A DNA stretch of 63,983 nt, counting the filler, from Choristocarpus tenellus KU-1152 (taxonomy: Eukaryota > Protista > Phaeophyceae), in assembly GCA_964200185.2 (NCBI GenBank). It is 13 parts of 13 records of this genome, joined end to end, with 100 filler letters (N's around TTAATTAATTAA, not from the genome) between each part and the next. Parts side by side here need not be neighbours in the genome. Positions count along the whole stretch, not along the records: positions 30,757 to 43,813 come from CAXNAD020001601.1; positions 43,914 to 50,178 come from CAXNAD020008536.1; positions 50,279 to 54,557 come from CAXNAD020015317.1; 10 more parts are not named here. The stretch is one strand, 5' to 3'. Made by a program: the position numbers and the translations under genes. A model generated the notes under the pieces. It saw only the letters and a list, made by a program, of their open reading frames with translations, was not told the origin of the DNA and searched no databases. Each line of letters opens with the position of its first letter. Within the stretch, counting starts at the first letter, position 1. Shown in pieces: positions 37,501 to 50,383 of the stretch.

Positions 37501-40500
37501 ACTTTGGTATTCCAATTAAAATAAATATGTATCCTTTAGTTACTGTACTCTCTTGCATATGCACGAAAGTTGTATGTCATTCCTCCCACTCCCACTTTCC
37601 CCTTCTCTGTTCGTAGTCCCTTTTGTCAGTCTCTATCCCTACCCAGGATAACACCTGAATACACTATGACTCTATGTATGCCACGCAGTGGGTTCAATTC
37701 ATGACACTCTAGCTTATGCACCCATCTTGCAAGTCCCCAGTCCATCCCCCAAATAACTGTCGCCCACCCTACCTTGCACATGATATCGCCAAAAGAGCGA
37801 GAGACACCCAGGGTGCCATTGACCCTTCCACGGGAAACATAGCCCCCTGCTGCCTCTATGCGCGCCATCTCATCAGGTAGATCAGGTTTGTGGTCACGAG
37901 TAATAGCCACTGCCTTGCCACGCTGGCAAATCACTGCACGGCAATCGCCCACATTGGCCACATGGAGAGCTACAGATCTCTGCTCTGAAATATCATTGTG
38001 GGGTTTTGACCCCAACATGGCATGGACGGGGCTTGCACATGTGATGGAGGGGGTACATGTGTTTAATGATGTTGCAAGAAACCCTTCTTCTCTGTTAACA
38101 CAGTCCTCATGATGGCCAGTAATGTGCTGGTTAGGACCCTCACTTTCCACTCTGCAATTAGATCTTAAACCTTGAAGGATGGCCACTACTGCAGTTGACC
38201 CTGAGAATGCTGTTCCCTGAGGCTTTGGTGAGGACTTCTGTTCCTCCTGTTAATGTGGGGCATGGTTTGATTGTAGATGTGAGAAGAAAGGTTTCTTAAC
38301 TCCATTTCTTGCACACAGACTTAACATATGTGCTACTTGAGAAGCATGGCCATATTCATCTGCTTGTACATCGTCCCAGAAGGCTGAACAAACTCGTACC
38401 GATAGGCTTATGGGTAATCAAGTGTTAAAATTTATTTGATATCATGCCACATTTGGTTGATGTGGGAGGTCGAGTAGATGGTGCGGTTGTGATGACAGAT
38501 AAGATCACCGCTCTATGAATGGGATCATTACAGTGTTTCAATGTCAATTTCAATAGAGGTGGAGGGGACACCGTTCTCAGGATTGAATTTGCCCATAGTT
38601 TCACTGAGGCCATTAGTAGGAGCATCAGCTAGACTATGTTACGTTGGTGGTATAGCTTTGAGACCCAAAGAATTTATGAGGGTAGAGCCGCGTCCGTTTG
38701 GGGTCATAACATCCAATGTTACAATTTTGATGTAATTTTAGCTATCGTGTTTGTTAGCAAGTGTCAATATCCTTGCTCCGGACATACCTTTCATAGTCGT
38801 GTACATTTAAGTCAACTGAGTTAACACAGAAAACCGAAAAAGGGCATAAAAAACGGTGGGAAGTCAAGCCCCAAACAGACAAACAGGGTGAAACTCCTAC
38901 CCTCTTAAATGCTTTGGGTCTGAGGATAACATGATAATGTGATCTCCAGGATATTATGGTGTAGAGTCCCTTTTGATACCTAGGGTCATAAAGCACACAC
39001 GACACTACACTTGTGAACTATTTTTGTTTCGACATCTAGAGGATTCAGTCGCTCGTTTACTCGACATTTTGACCTCGAATGACTCCAGTAGTAGGAACAT
39101 ATTTAGATCAAATAATTTGTCAATTTCGATACTTTGATCTGGAAAATCCACAGCGACATTTTGGTACAGGTACACAGTGGTCGAAGCATATTATCCATAG
39201 ATTTCAATGCAAATTTTTGGTGAAAAACGATTTGTAGATCCAAATGTGACTGCTCCTAGACTTTTCCGAAGGTCAAATATTCTCTATAAACTGTAGGAAT
39301 GAATTATTAGAAAAATGAAGTACACTATAATTTGAAGAAGGAATTACTTGATACTTAGATGTTGAATGCAGGAGCTTCCCCTACAATTGGGTCTCTCTCC
39401 TTTCTATCTACAAATATATGTCCAGCGCACAAGATATATTATAGCAACAGACCGTTAGCACACAATAATCTAGATTAAACCGATTCTCCTATGTGAGCAC
39501 TAACAGCGTTCATGATATCACGTCACAATATAAGATTTACAACAACTTGGCAGGCGGTAACAAGAGTATCCTAGGTGGGAATCTCGTACTACACTACATG
39601 GACTTCCCCATGCCCTACATGATTTGGGGTGTATTTAGCATCTTGGTCCAAGGCAGCAGAGTGACACAAATTGAGAAAGTTTCAAGGATGCTGGAACCAC
39701 AATCATATCATGTCCACAGGAAAATGCACGTGAACTGGTTGAAGACATATGTGAGGGCTGGTTTTTGAATTTTCTACCAAACAAAACATATTGCGTTCAG
39801 GTACACGGTAAGGAAATGTTCCAAGATAGCTTACAAAAAGGATGCTCATCCATGGGAAAGGGGTTGTGGTCATTCAACACAGTTTGTTGACAGGGGCGGA
39901 GGAGAAAATATCACCAAGAGGTGAATGGTGGATGGATTTCGGGGTACTTACACAAAATCATATCAAGGGGTCCTAAGTCAGGCCTGGGTGTGTACTTTCA
40001 ACAAGACGCAGAGGGTGCTGGTGGGCTGGGTGTCTCTCCAAAATATTGCCTCTAATCACCACACTCATAGATGGAGGTAGTATGTATTCTGTGGATTGTT
40101 GGGACAGGAGGCGGATGCCTGGGACCAGAGATCCATGATATAATTCAATCTCAATTGGGTTCCATCAGATTGACAGCAGTATCAAAATTGGCAATAGTGC
40201 TGTGAATAATGTAGCAGGAGTGTTTTCTTGCTTCATTAATCTCAATGCATGGATTTCTTGATTAACCTCAAATTTTGATTTCACATCCCATTCTTCAGAT
40301 AAATGGATGATGTGGCTATTCACAGGATTAGGGAAACCTTGACAGGGAGGGCTTTTACTCCCAACGTTAGTAGAATGGGGATGGAAGGTAGGATGGGGCA
40401 TGGCGTCTACTGCAAGGTCCTTCCATGTGTATTTTATCCGTGCAAAATTTGCAGACAGACCTTGTTATACAAGGGGTGGGTGGTGAATTGACCATTTACT

Positions 40501-43272
40501 GATCTTGGGACAACCAACGTGGAATCGACTGTAATTGGCGGCAGCATGTTTCAACATAGCAGATTGGATCACCACAAAGAAGCAATTTACAGAATAAGGG
40601 AGGGAAAGTCAGCCACCTGCCATGTGTTCTCTGACAACAACTAAAAAGAGGTATCCCGAACCACAGTTGAAATGGAAGGAACCTCACTTAAGGTTGAGAT
40701 CGCTTGCATGCACCCCCCCAAGTCCAAACCTTGACTGTTACCAAGCCCACGCAATCCCCACTGCAATCTGGGTTCAATGTTATACCGAGACAATTACCTA
40801 ACCCTAACATTGCTCTAACCCGAAATTCCCTGAGCTGCTACCATGATCCCACACCTAACCCTACTCCTACTCTCAGTATACGTACTCCATGTATACTGTA
40901 TACTCACCATTCTTCAATGCTCCACATAACACCCACCAAAGACCCCATATCTGAATTCATATCAGAAGTCAACCCTGCTCAATCCTATTTCATGGCTCCA
41001 GACAAAATGTTGTAGAAATATGCTACATATTAAGTACCTTTCGCCACCGATGATCCCTCTCCAGGCACTCTGCATCCAATGTGAGGCAAGCCATTTCCAA
41101 TGCCTGTTTGTGACATAAGGAAGACGAACAAGACAAGCATTTAAATAATGGTGAATAGGAACTAGAAAGCTTGCAGACTTGTAGCTTTTGGTAAATGTTT
41201 TTTGCCTTGAGAACATTCCAGTTACATCACTTGGTGTAGGAGTAGTGTCAACTGGGATGTGGCGTTTGCATTGAGGTATGTTTACCACACATGCTCGAGG
41301 GTAGGATTCTATGAAGATGTCTATCAAAAGACCCATAGTATCCTCGAGGGGGGGTCTAGCGTCCATTGGGTGCCTGTGCGAACATACAGTGATTTTCTTG
41401 TCATTTGAGTGAATGTATCAGATGTAAGGGCAATTTCCTTCATCCGGATGTACCTTCCATCTCCATCCACCTGCCTGAACCAAATCCGAAGGAAATTCAC
41501 CCACAAAACGCAAAACGGGTATCAATTTGGGGCATCTTACGACACCCCATCAAGCTCCGATTTGGGCTAACCACCCCCCCCTCCAACATACTATAGGTCA
41601 AATGGTTGGAAAATGATACTTCACCTCAAAGGCCACCAGTACACTAGCTAGCACACAAACAAAGATGGTTATTTTTGTGGCACAGGTCACAGAGAGCTGA
41701 AACAAAAGTCAATATTTGCACATTAGACTGTAGTGTGAACTACCGTCATGATAAATGGACTACAGCTGCGAGATCCTTGAGTTGTACCCCTGCTCCATGG
41801 GCTGCCCTTCTCGGGGTGAAAAAAGAGGCACTACATACCTTTGCCTAGATTCTGTGTTAGTCACATCGAGGTGAGGGGCGGTAGTTCACACCATCTCGGC
41901 ACAGGAGGAAAAAAATAATGTCATAATTTAACTGGATGTGTTATGGTGGAAGATAACAGTCACCTTTGGTATGGTCTTATGAAAGGAACCTGCATTTGCC
42001 ACTCTAAGATGAAGCCGATCTCTTAGTGCCTCTGCCACATCAGTTCCACCATGACCTTTGTGAGAGATGGGTCCACACAAAAGGGGAGGGTTGTGGCGGG
42101 GGGTGAGGAAGGCAGATGAAAAATTGTTGTAGTAGGCAAGAGATGATGGTGGGCAGAATCAAGGGAGCATCAATTGCAGAGGGTAGGAGTCTGAGAGTAG
42201 CAATCCCAAGTACTCCTGAGAGTTACGCGATAGGGCTCAATGTGGAAAACATCAACTATGGAAATATTGTAGCTCCAGGTATACACAATTCTTTGAGTAT
42301 TCTGGGACCTGATCTGAATCTCACCATTGTCGCTCAGAAATGCAGCACCAAGCCCCAGCCAACCCAAATCCCTAATGTACCTGTTTCAGCAATGCCTTGA
42401 TGTTGACCTTGACATAATAAATCCGACCCAACCTGATCATGCCACCATGCCCAACCCAAGGTCTGTGGACCACCATGGAGAATCTGTAGATTTTAGTACC
42501 ATTGTCTCTCTGTAGCTTCATCAGAAGTAATTTCGTACCATTCTTGGATACAGCTTGGACAGCATGCCAATAACTCTTGCTACGGTAAGGAAAAAACTTC
42601 TCTCCTGGGTTCGGCTTTGTTGCACTTGGGCATTTTTTTGGAAATATTGGCTTGATTGGTACACAACTGACATGTGCTTAAAATCAAACCACGGGAAGTA
42701 CACACCTGTCACTGCGCTCCTGTGGCTACACACAACGTATGTTAGGTCGTTTTATCCCATGTCACAAACATGTTTTATCCCATCAGAGTTGAATACCTTT
42801 CTTGAACCTTTCCATGCTACAATCTATCACACCTAGTACCACATTCGGAGAATGTTACAGTCATTGCAAAATAGGTGTTCCTTGGTGTATGAAAATCGAT
42901 GACTACGTGATAAGGTCCTAAAGTAGAATAATGCTCGTTGCTTCTTCTCTATGGAAAAAAGCAACAAATATCCGATGTGGGCAAAGTTTTATGTCTGGAC
43001 TTAAGTCTTCTGCTATGTGATCACACAGAATCTACGCGAAGGCCTTTGATTATTTGTGTACGTATACTATGCCAGGGGTACCACTTCAATCACACCAACT
43101 CCAACCCCTATATGGTACATACATTTTCACTACTTTCCCTCTATTTCACTCACCATCATAGACAGCAAAGAAGGCTGCTGTTTCCTCCTGGTGGAAGAGC
43201 AATGGCTTTGCTTGGGGTTCCTTCACTACCACTTTTCCCATGGCCTCTTCTCCCTCGTCAAACTCACTGGGC
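34505..43272 (-). CDS. Protein phosphatase 2C (PPM family), spliced, 5'-truncated by contig end. Exons 43272-43154, 42055-41964, 41103-41038, 38246-37773, 36585-36364, 34687-34505
   Basis: Joined exons give PP2C motifs in order: AAFFAVYD|[97 protein letters not shown]. All introns are GT-AG with compatible phases. The acceptor of the first visible exon is uncertain (alternative near 43188). Confidence 0.93.
35472..35730 (+). mobile_element. MITE family A copy 5, in a PP2C intron
   Basis: Full-length homologue; flanks aaa|...|aaa. Confidence 0.9.
37154..37411 (-). mobile_element. MITE family A copy 6 (TSD CACT), in a PP2C intron
   Basis: Full TIRs in reverse orientation; flanks cact|...|cact. 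Confidence 0.93.
38662..38920 (+). mobile_element. MITE family A copy 7, variant termini GACCCAAAG/CTTTGGGTC, in a PP2C intron
   Basis: Family A internal sequence, symmetric variant TIRs, flanks tga|...|tga. Confidence 0.88.
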
Positions 43273-44309
43273 CTGCTCCATTTAGTATTCAACCAGGTAC
43301 ACAAAAAAGCGCCAACACATCACAGTAGAGTGCAATGGAGATATGACATCATTTGGATGAGTGAAGTGAGGTTAGTGAGACGTTGGGGTTTGGGGGGGGA
43401 GGGGCTGGGAGAGCATATGCAATGTCTCCATAGTCATCTTGAAGTTTGTTCACACTTCATTGTATCTCCATGTCCAAAGGCGTGGCTCCGTTGATACGGC
43501 AACACGTCGCAGTAACGATCCAAACTAAACGAGAGGCGCCCTTTTTTTGTTTTATGTCACATTTTTCATCTTTTGTAAGTTTATGTGTCTATTTACTTTG
43601 CTTATCCAAGTTTCAAGTGCACCTCTGAATCTTGTGCACACAGCTGCTTTTTTTGCGATGCTAAGGGTTGCAGAGGGCTTAAAAGGTGTTGGACAGGATA
43701 AAGATATTGGCTTAAAGTATTTGGGGGGGGGGGGGGGGGGGAATTAACCAGGGGTGAAGTTTACGCCCGCGGAGAGGGAGAGGAAGAATTCCTTTTTCCA
43801 TTCCTATAATACANNNNNNNNNNNNNNNNNNNNNNNNNNNNNNNNNNNNNNNNNNNNTTAATTAATTAANNNNNNNNNNNNNNNNNNNNNNNNNNNNNNN
43901 NNNNNNNNNNNNNCCCCATCCCCCCGCCCCCAGCAAACAAAACCAACAAAAACCGCGAACAGGAAAAGGGGGCCCCAAAGGGACACCCCCCCCCCCCCCC
44001 CCCCCCCCCCCAGATACTTTGAGCTGCAAACAGCACTTTCCCTTTGATTATATTTTTATATCTGTAGAAAGAGTGGGAGGGGGTGCTCCATGCACACATC
44101 TAACGTAGTTCAACCTAGAAACTTGCAGCTTACTGTCTCCAGTAGAATATGCTTCTTCATTTGGGCTGGCACAGAGGTTACTTCTAGAAAATGAATATGC
44201 AACCAACCAATTGCAGTTACCCTGTGCCGGAACGAATATGAGGAGATGATACAATACTCTCCCCTTCTTGACCATTTGCAATCTCTATTGATCTCAACAT
44301 TTGCTGCAG

Positions 44310-45497
44310 GTGTATGACTGTGCTGATGATCCAACGGAAATTGATTCATTGAAGAGATGGTATGCATGCCAAGAAGAGACCTGCTCATCGACAAGCGGTG
44401 GTGCTATCACCACTCCTTCTATTACCTGTTCAACTGGAAGCTCATCTGATGAAGGTGGTTCTAGGGTACTAATGTTGTGTAGAAAAATGTCTTATCCAGG
44501 TCAACCTTGTGTTGTAACAAGAAAATGCACATATAAAACTCGTTTTTGGAGTATTCTGCAGTCTTCACTACAGTTCTGATCCAAGAAGACATTGCGCTGT
44601 TACTTTGGAGAAACCTAGGTGGTGCAGGAGTGTTTGTCCTATTACACACCCCCCTCGTTTGGTGGGTATTGTCGTAAGTCGGGTGCCTTTGAACATAAAA
44701 CCTTAGTCTGATCCTCTAATGTTTCCAACGTGTCATCTCTCTATCTCCGGCAAAGCAGACTCTTCAAGGACATCAGTAGGTCTCACTGCGATTGTTGCTG
44801 TTGGAATTGTGGTGATTGTTTCCGCGATTGGACTCCTAGTGTTCTTCCTTGCCCAAAAGAATAAAACTGGTGAGTGTGGGTTACCGTCAGCCCCAGAGTA
44901 GTTGTCCCCTTGTCTTGTGGACTGATGCTATCCCTGTGAGGTTGAACTCAATGAAGTATATGGCGTGTTTTGGCAGAGTGGAGTGGTTACTCAGTGCATG
45001 GTATACGAACGAATGGTGCATTTTTACCTTCTTCTTGCCTGATGTAAATGAGGTCTGGGGTGTGTGTGTGGGAGGGAAGACAAAAAGGTATCAAGCGGGA
45101 GCACTGGGGGAAGAGGGTGTTAGATTGACACATTCACTCAATAAATGCCTTGGAATGTGTATAGGGAGGTTTTGTACGATCATTCCAATTCCTTTGCTTG
45201 AAAGTTGGGATGAACCCATCTAACCCCTAACCTTCTAATGTGTCGACATAGATTCAACCCAAGTGTACATTTTGGATAACCAAGACCTCTGGCTCGATAC
45301 AACAATTGACTCATCTTATATGGAGTTCATGCTCCTACCCCAGTCTATGCATTGCTGACATAACCTTGTATTCCTTGAATCATGCAACTGCAGCAGGGGT
45401 TGCTGATTCAAGTGGTGATTCTGGGCCTCATCCAAAAATTGCACCTCTGCAAAGTGGTGCTGAGAAAGAGCAAACCAAGAGATCATCTTTGTATTGA
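44310..45497 (+). CDS. 3' part of a single-pass (type I-like) membrane protein. Exons 44310-44454, 44759-44869, 45397(or 45394)-45497
   Basis: GT-AG exons in phase 1/1. Cys-containing and Ser/Thr-rich stalk, hydrophobic helix GLTAIVAVGIVVIVSAIGLLVFFLA followed by basic QKNK, then a short tail ending RSSLY*. Confidence 0.75.
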
Positions 45498-48439
45498 TAA
45501 TAAACACCGAATGCGAACGAGGTGCATGACTTTTGAGGAGCAGATACATCCCCACCAATTATATGAGTTGGTGTGTGGGATTATGGTTGAGCCTGTTGCA
45601 ATGGATACTTCAGCATTACTATAGTTACCTGTCAGAAAGAACCTCATTCAGGTTTTTGGGTCAGTTACTCTACACACTTCTTTACAACCCCTAAGAGGGT
45701 GGACGAGATTGTACTACTGTGTGTGACATAAAATATACCGGAGTACTTAGGAATTAGGACACGAAAAAGTTCTTGCTTGACAAAAGAGTGCAATAACTCT
45801 GTTTTGACTCTGATGTCGAGTGTGAGTAAGTACGCCTTCCGTGTAGAATCCCCATCAGATACCATGATGGTAGGGCGACCTTTGCCACATACGTATGTAC
45901 TGGTCTATGTATGTATCATTGGAAATATTGCAACGATTGTAACATACTTGCGATATAGAAACGTAGCTACTAAACACAAACTGCGCTGTAACGGCATGTC
46001 AATAAAGTAACTCATACCCGATGCATAGTGGCATGTTTGAATTTCTGGCACATACCACATGTGTTACTCAGAGTACAACCATGGATCACGCAGCAAGCAA
46101 GTGTTCCCATAAAATGTCGTAACTTGGACCTGACATGCTTCACTCAACTGAAAATGTTGATATACCAGTCGACCGTTGTGTTGCAAATAATTCAGTTGGG
46201 AAAGATGGGGATAACTCCATTAGTAAGGGGTGGTTAGCCCATCGTGGGAGGGTGGGTTTGGTGTGCTTGCCGCCCTACAATTCGGAACTTTTCTGAAAAA
46301 CAAATTGTGGATTCTTTTGACTAGAGAGGTTGGTATTATGCCCGACCTGTGCGAACTTGACTGACCATAAAACCACATTTTGTTATGTTGAAGAAGTGTT
46401 GGGTCAGACCGAGACAAACCAGGACTGGGGGGGTCTACTAAGGTTCACCTGGGACTTAACTCGGAGTAGAATAGACGTGGGGGGGTACCCTACTTTATAT
46501 TTGCCGAAGATAGGAGTGGGAGAGGTGCCCACCGCAAAACTTATCTGAGATTAAAGTAAGTTCTCCACAAATAGTGCAAAGAAGTGTTGAATGGGGTGCT
46601 TGCTAAACTGTCCAGCAACGAGGTTACCACTAAAATGATCACAATTCCATTTTTTTTTACTGCTTGTGGTCAGCAACAGACAAAAAAGACAAAACGCGGT
46701 CAAGTCCAAGTTGGGGGCTGGGAACCATGAGAAATTTGGACACGCAATTGTTGTCAACTCTGCTAGGCAGGTCAGGTTAGGCAGTGGTTTGTCTCGCAAT
46801 CTGTGGTCTGTGGGGATGTCATATTAGAGTCGAATAATGTGAATCTTCAAGAAGCTTCACTCCTCAGTCAGGATATTTAGGTCCTAGACCAAGTGCCCAT
46901 GGTAGGCTGTACAACTCGGGCACCAGGTTAGACCTTAGCCTATTCCTCCACTTCTAAACACAATAACTCCAGGAAACTTTGCAGCAGGAAACATCTTGGT
47001 TTCATCTACCATGGGGAGGCAGAAGAGTTTTCGACGAATCTGGACCAATAAAATTGTGTCTCTTATGTAGTCTGAGAGAGCTATAAAACGTTTCAATCAG
47101 CACACGTACTACAACTGTATACATTTCAAAGTTTACGCGGTGTTCTAAGCAACCGTTTGTCATCCATCCTGTATCTCACTATAACCTAACTCTTTTTGCA
47201 TCACCACAACACACACCATATTACACAGTATCATGGTTCATCATCCCCTTTCGAGTCATACCCCATTTAGTACATATTGAGAGTCAAATCGAGAGTAGGG
47301 TATAGTTCCATCTCAATGAAGTTGATAGAGGGACAAAATATGCAATTTCGTAGAATTGTATAAATACCTTTTGCTTATTTGTGGTGTTAGTCACTCACTC
47401 TCTGGGTGGAAAGCGGGAACGGCATTCTTGCTTACGCTATTGGCCACATAGAGCAATGAAACAGATTGGGTTCCAGCGGGCAAGAAAGAGTGTCTGGAAT
47501 GCAAAGTGGTCAGACCTTGCACGCCTTTTAAATTGGTTTGGCTCACAGCTTTATTACCCCGTAACATAACCTGCATTCCAATGTTCGATGTATTCTGAAC
47601 ACACGACAAGGTCACGATCTCTAATAATAAATCCAACAACTTTCCATTTTAAATCTAAAATCACTCATCATTTCATCAATTACCATCACAGTATCCACAC
47701 CCCGATTGAAACCTGAACCTCAATCAGCTTGCCCACAAAAAACTAAACCAACGCACAAACAAGATGAGGAACGATGGTTCACATGAATAAATGGCGACAA
47801 ACAGATATATCTAGAACCAGTGAACATCCCCACATCTACGGTCAACTAACTGCTCAAGCTCTCCTCCCTGCAACACTCCCACCCCCCCCCTTTAGTAGGA
47901 AAGGAGAGCATTCCAATAACCTCAGAAAACAAGAATGCCCCCCCTACTATGGCATCAACAACTCAAGCATCAACCATTGTCAGTCGAAAGTCTAGTCAGT
48001 GCTCTAAGGACATCATGTGATAATCCATCATACCTTTTGTTGTTCTGGATGAACAGGAGACCTACCCCCTTCCAAAGGACCTAAATTCCGCTACAAATCA
48101 CACGTTGGACAACAAAACATTCAACACTATGTAGTGCCCTGAACACTCCAGTCCAAAACAAGACTAATATTTAGTGGAATGTTAACACACAGTGTGTTGA
48201 TGTAGTGTTACGAAAGTGTAAAATGCAAGGAATGCAATAAATCTATCTATTATGACAATATGTACTGTACGAAAATGGAAAGCTTGCTGGATGTCGGCTT
48301 ACTAAGCATGGTGGGTATGTACACTAGTAGCTAATCTTCCAAAGTGACCAGCACCCCTTGGTAGGAACAACAACGAGGTCATCCTACAAACCATGCCCAT
48401 TCACAACAAACCAGAACAGAGGCCTACGTACCCCACGCA

Positions 48440-49110
48440 CATCCGATCAAATCGATCAAACACGACATAGTAATAATGCAAGATGTCCTCAACAAAGTTC
48501 GGGATGCACTCCACATACACACACCCTCTCTTTGGTAAAGAGTTGTCTCCACGCAGCACCGCCAACATTGGATGAATGCTTGTACCGTCCGTCTTAACCG
48601 GCACCACACTTCCTGCCGTCAAGGTGACCTCAAAGAACCCAACACACCTGAGATTCCATTACTCCCTCAACTTGCAAGATGTGTCCATCTCCGTATGCCT
48701 GCAGCTGGCATCGTTGCCAAAAACACCATGCCAACTTCAAGGGCAGTGGCGGTGTTAATTGTACAGTCATGCCAATGTCTGCCTTATCTCCCTCTACCTT
48801 CAACAAGCACTTATCTAAAACTCAAACGAAGCACTTACCCTCATAAAATTGACCTTCGACTAATAACAGACATTCAGGGAGGCCCAGCAAAACAGAATTA
48901 TATTCTCAAGCAACTTCAACATCCTGAGCTGAGCCTAAAGTTCCCGCTGCTTCTGGCCTCGCAGTGTGGGCAAACTCGACACTCATCATAACAACCTCTT
49001 TTTCATGAAGCAAAGATGGGCGTGGGAAATCTCTGTCACCTGTATCAAGAATGAAAAAGCGCCCAAAAGAATAAGCGGACAGAGTTCGAGGTTGGTACCA
49101 GGCGCACTTG
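48440..49110 (+). mobile_element. Highly decayed RTE-like LINE fragment (post-RT region)
   Basis: HPELSLKFPLLLA resembles the L.LK.RLL.A.V segment of RTE ORF2. Weak. Confidence 0.3.
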
Positions 49111-50060
49111 GAGAGGAAGTAACCAACCCCATTTGTAACCCTAACTCTAATTACTGTATATATCTTACGTATGTACAAACATAGATGCACGCACACGATA
49201 TATACACTATAATATGTACATAATTTATAAAATTGAAGGTTAGAGTTAGGGATAGAATTCGAAAGACAAGAAAAATAAATCTCAAGCTCTTTGCACATAA
49301 TCAGGAAATTCCAACAAGAGTTCCAAATCCAACTCAGTCAGGAAAAATGTGGGGGAGGGGTTCAGTGAGAGGGTATTGGAGACACCTATCGATTGCATTA
49401 AAAAACGACAAAGGCAAAGACCACTGACGATACACAGGATCAAGGACTGCTCTTCCAAGACCACAGGCATACATACCACTTCCGATGTCTCATTGAATAA
49501 TACAAGGATTTTTCTTTTGATCACCTCAGAGTAGAAACCGTCCGATTTTCAACGTTAGGCAAGCTTTGATTGACCTCGACTGCCATCAAACGATCGATTT
49601 ACCAACCCTTGAAAAAGAGTCAACGCATACACTCCCACTCCGCAAAGAGCCATGAAAAGCGCATTACCACACGTCAATCACACACAGAGGGAGGCAGCTG
49701 TGCATACAAGAAAAGGCCGCCCCGACAGGTCGACAGCTGCAATTATTATTCCCATTTTTATACTTACTCTCACCTCAATCTCCGAGCACAAAACGCGAGG
49801 AAGACCAACGGTAGTCATCGGAAAAAAAAGAAGAGGTACTGTACCTTTTTATGTACGTACCTACAAAAAAAGGGTAAAGAAAGGCCGTGCGAGTAAGTAG
49901 AGTGGGCGGTATGGCGCGGCCGTGAAAAGGAATGACCACGGTATAAAAGATTTCGGCGATCGGTATGACTTATACCGTTGACCCGACCATCAACCCCGAT
50001 CCTCTGATCTGTAGTCGGGGCCTTCCCGGAACGTTCTATATATTTCACGCCTCAATTCAC

Positions 50061-50156
50061 CTCGTACATCCTTTCGCAGTCGAGCACTGGACAGTAGCCA
50101 AGGGATTCGTACATATTGAGGGCAGGGAAGTAATTAATGTCCACATGTAGGAAGAC
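50061..50156 (-). CDS. Exon of a GNAT-family N-acetyltransferase (C-terminal motif B)
   Basis: cag|...|gtgaat, 96 nt, translating VFLHVDINYFPALNMYESLGYCPVLDCERMYE, which matches the GNAT pattern LHV..N..A..LY..LGY. Confidence 0.7.
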
Positions 50157-50349
50157 CTGGCAACACCAAGGGTGCGAGNNNNNNNNNNNNNNNNNNNNNN
50201 NNNNNNNNNNNNNNNNNNNNNNTTAATTAATTAANNNNNNNNNNNNNNNNNNNNNNNNNNNNNNNNNNNNNNNNNNNNGGTGTAAGAAAAAAAGGATGGG
50301 AGGTGGGGATTGTTTTTGGGTTTATATTTTTTTTTTTTGAAGAAAAAAA

Positions 50350-50383
<34 letters not shown>

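Noticed and set aside
43709-44025. A single family B element spanning the gap
   Set aside because: Both sides are the poly-G end and the flanks (att/gca) do not match.
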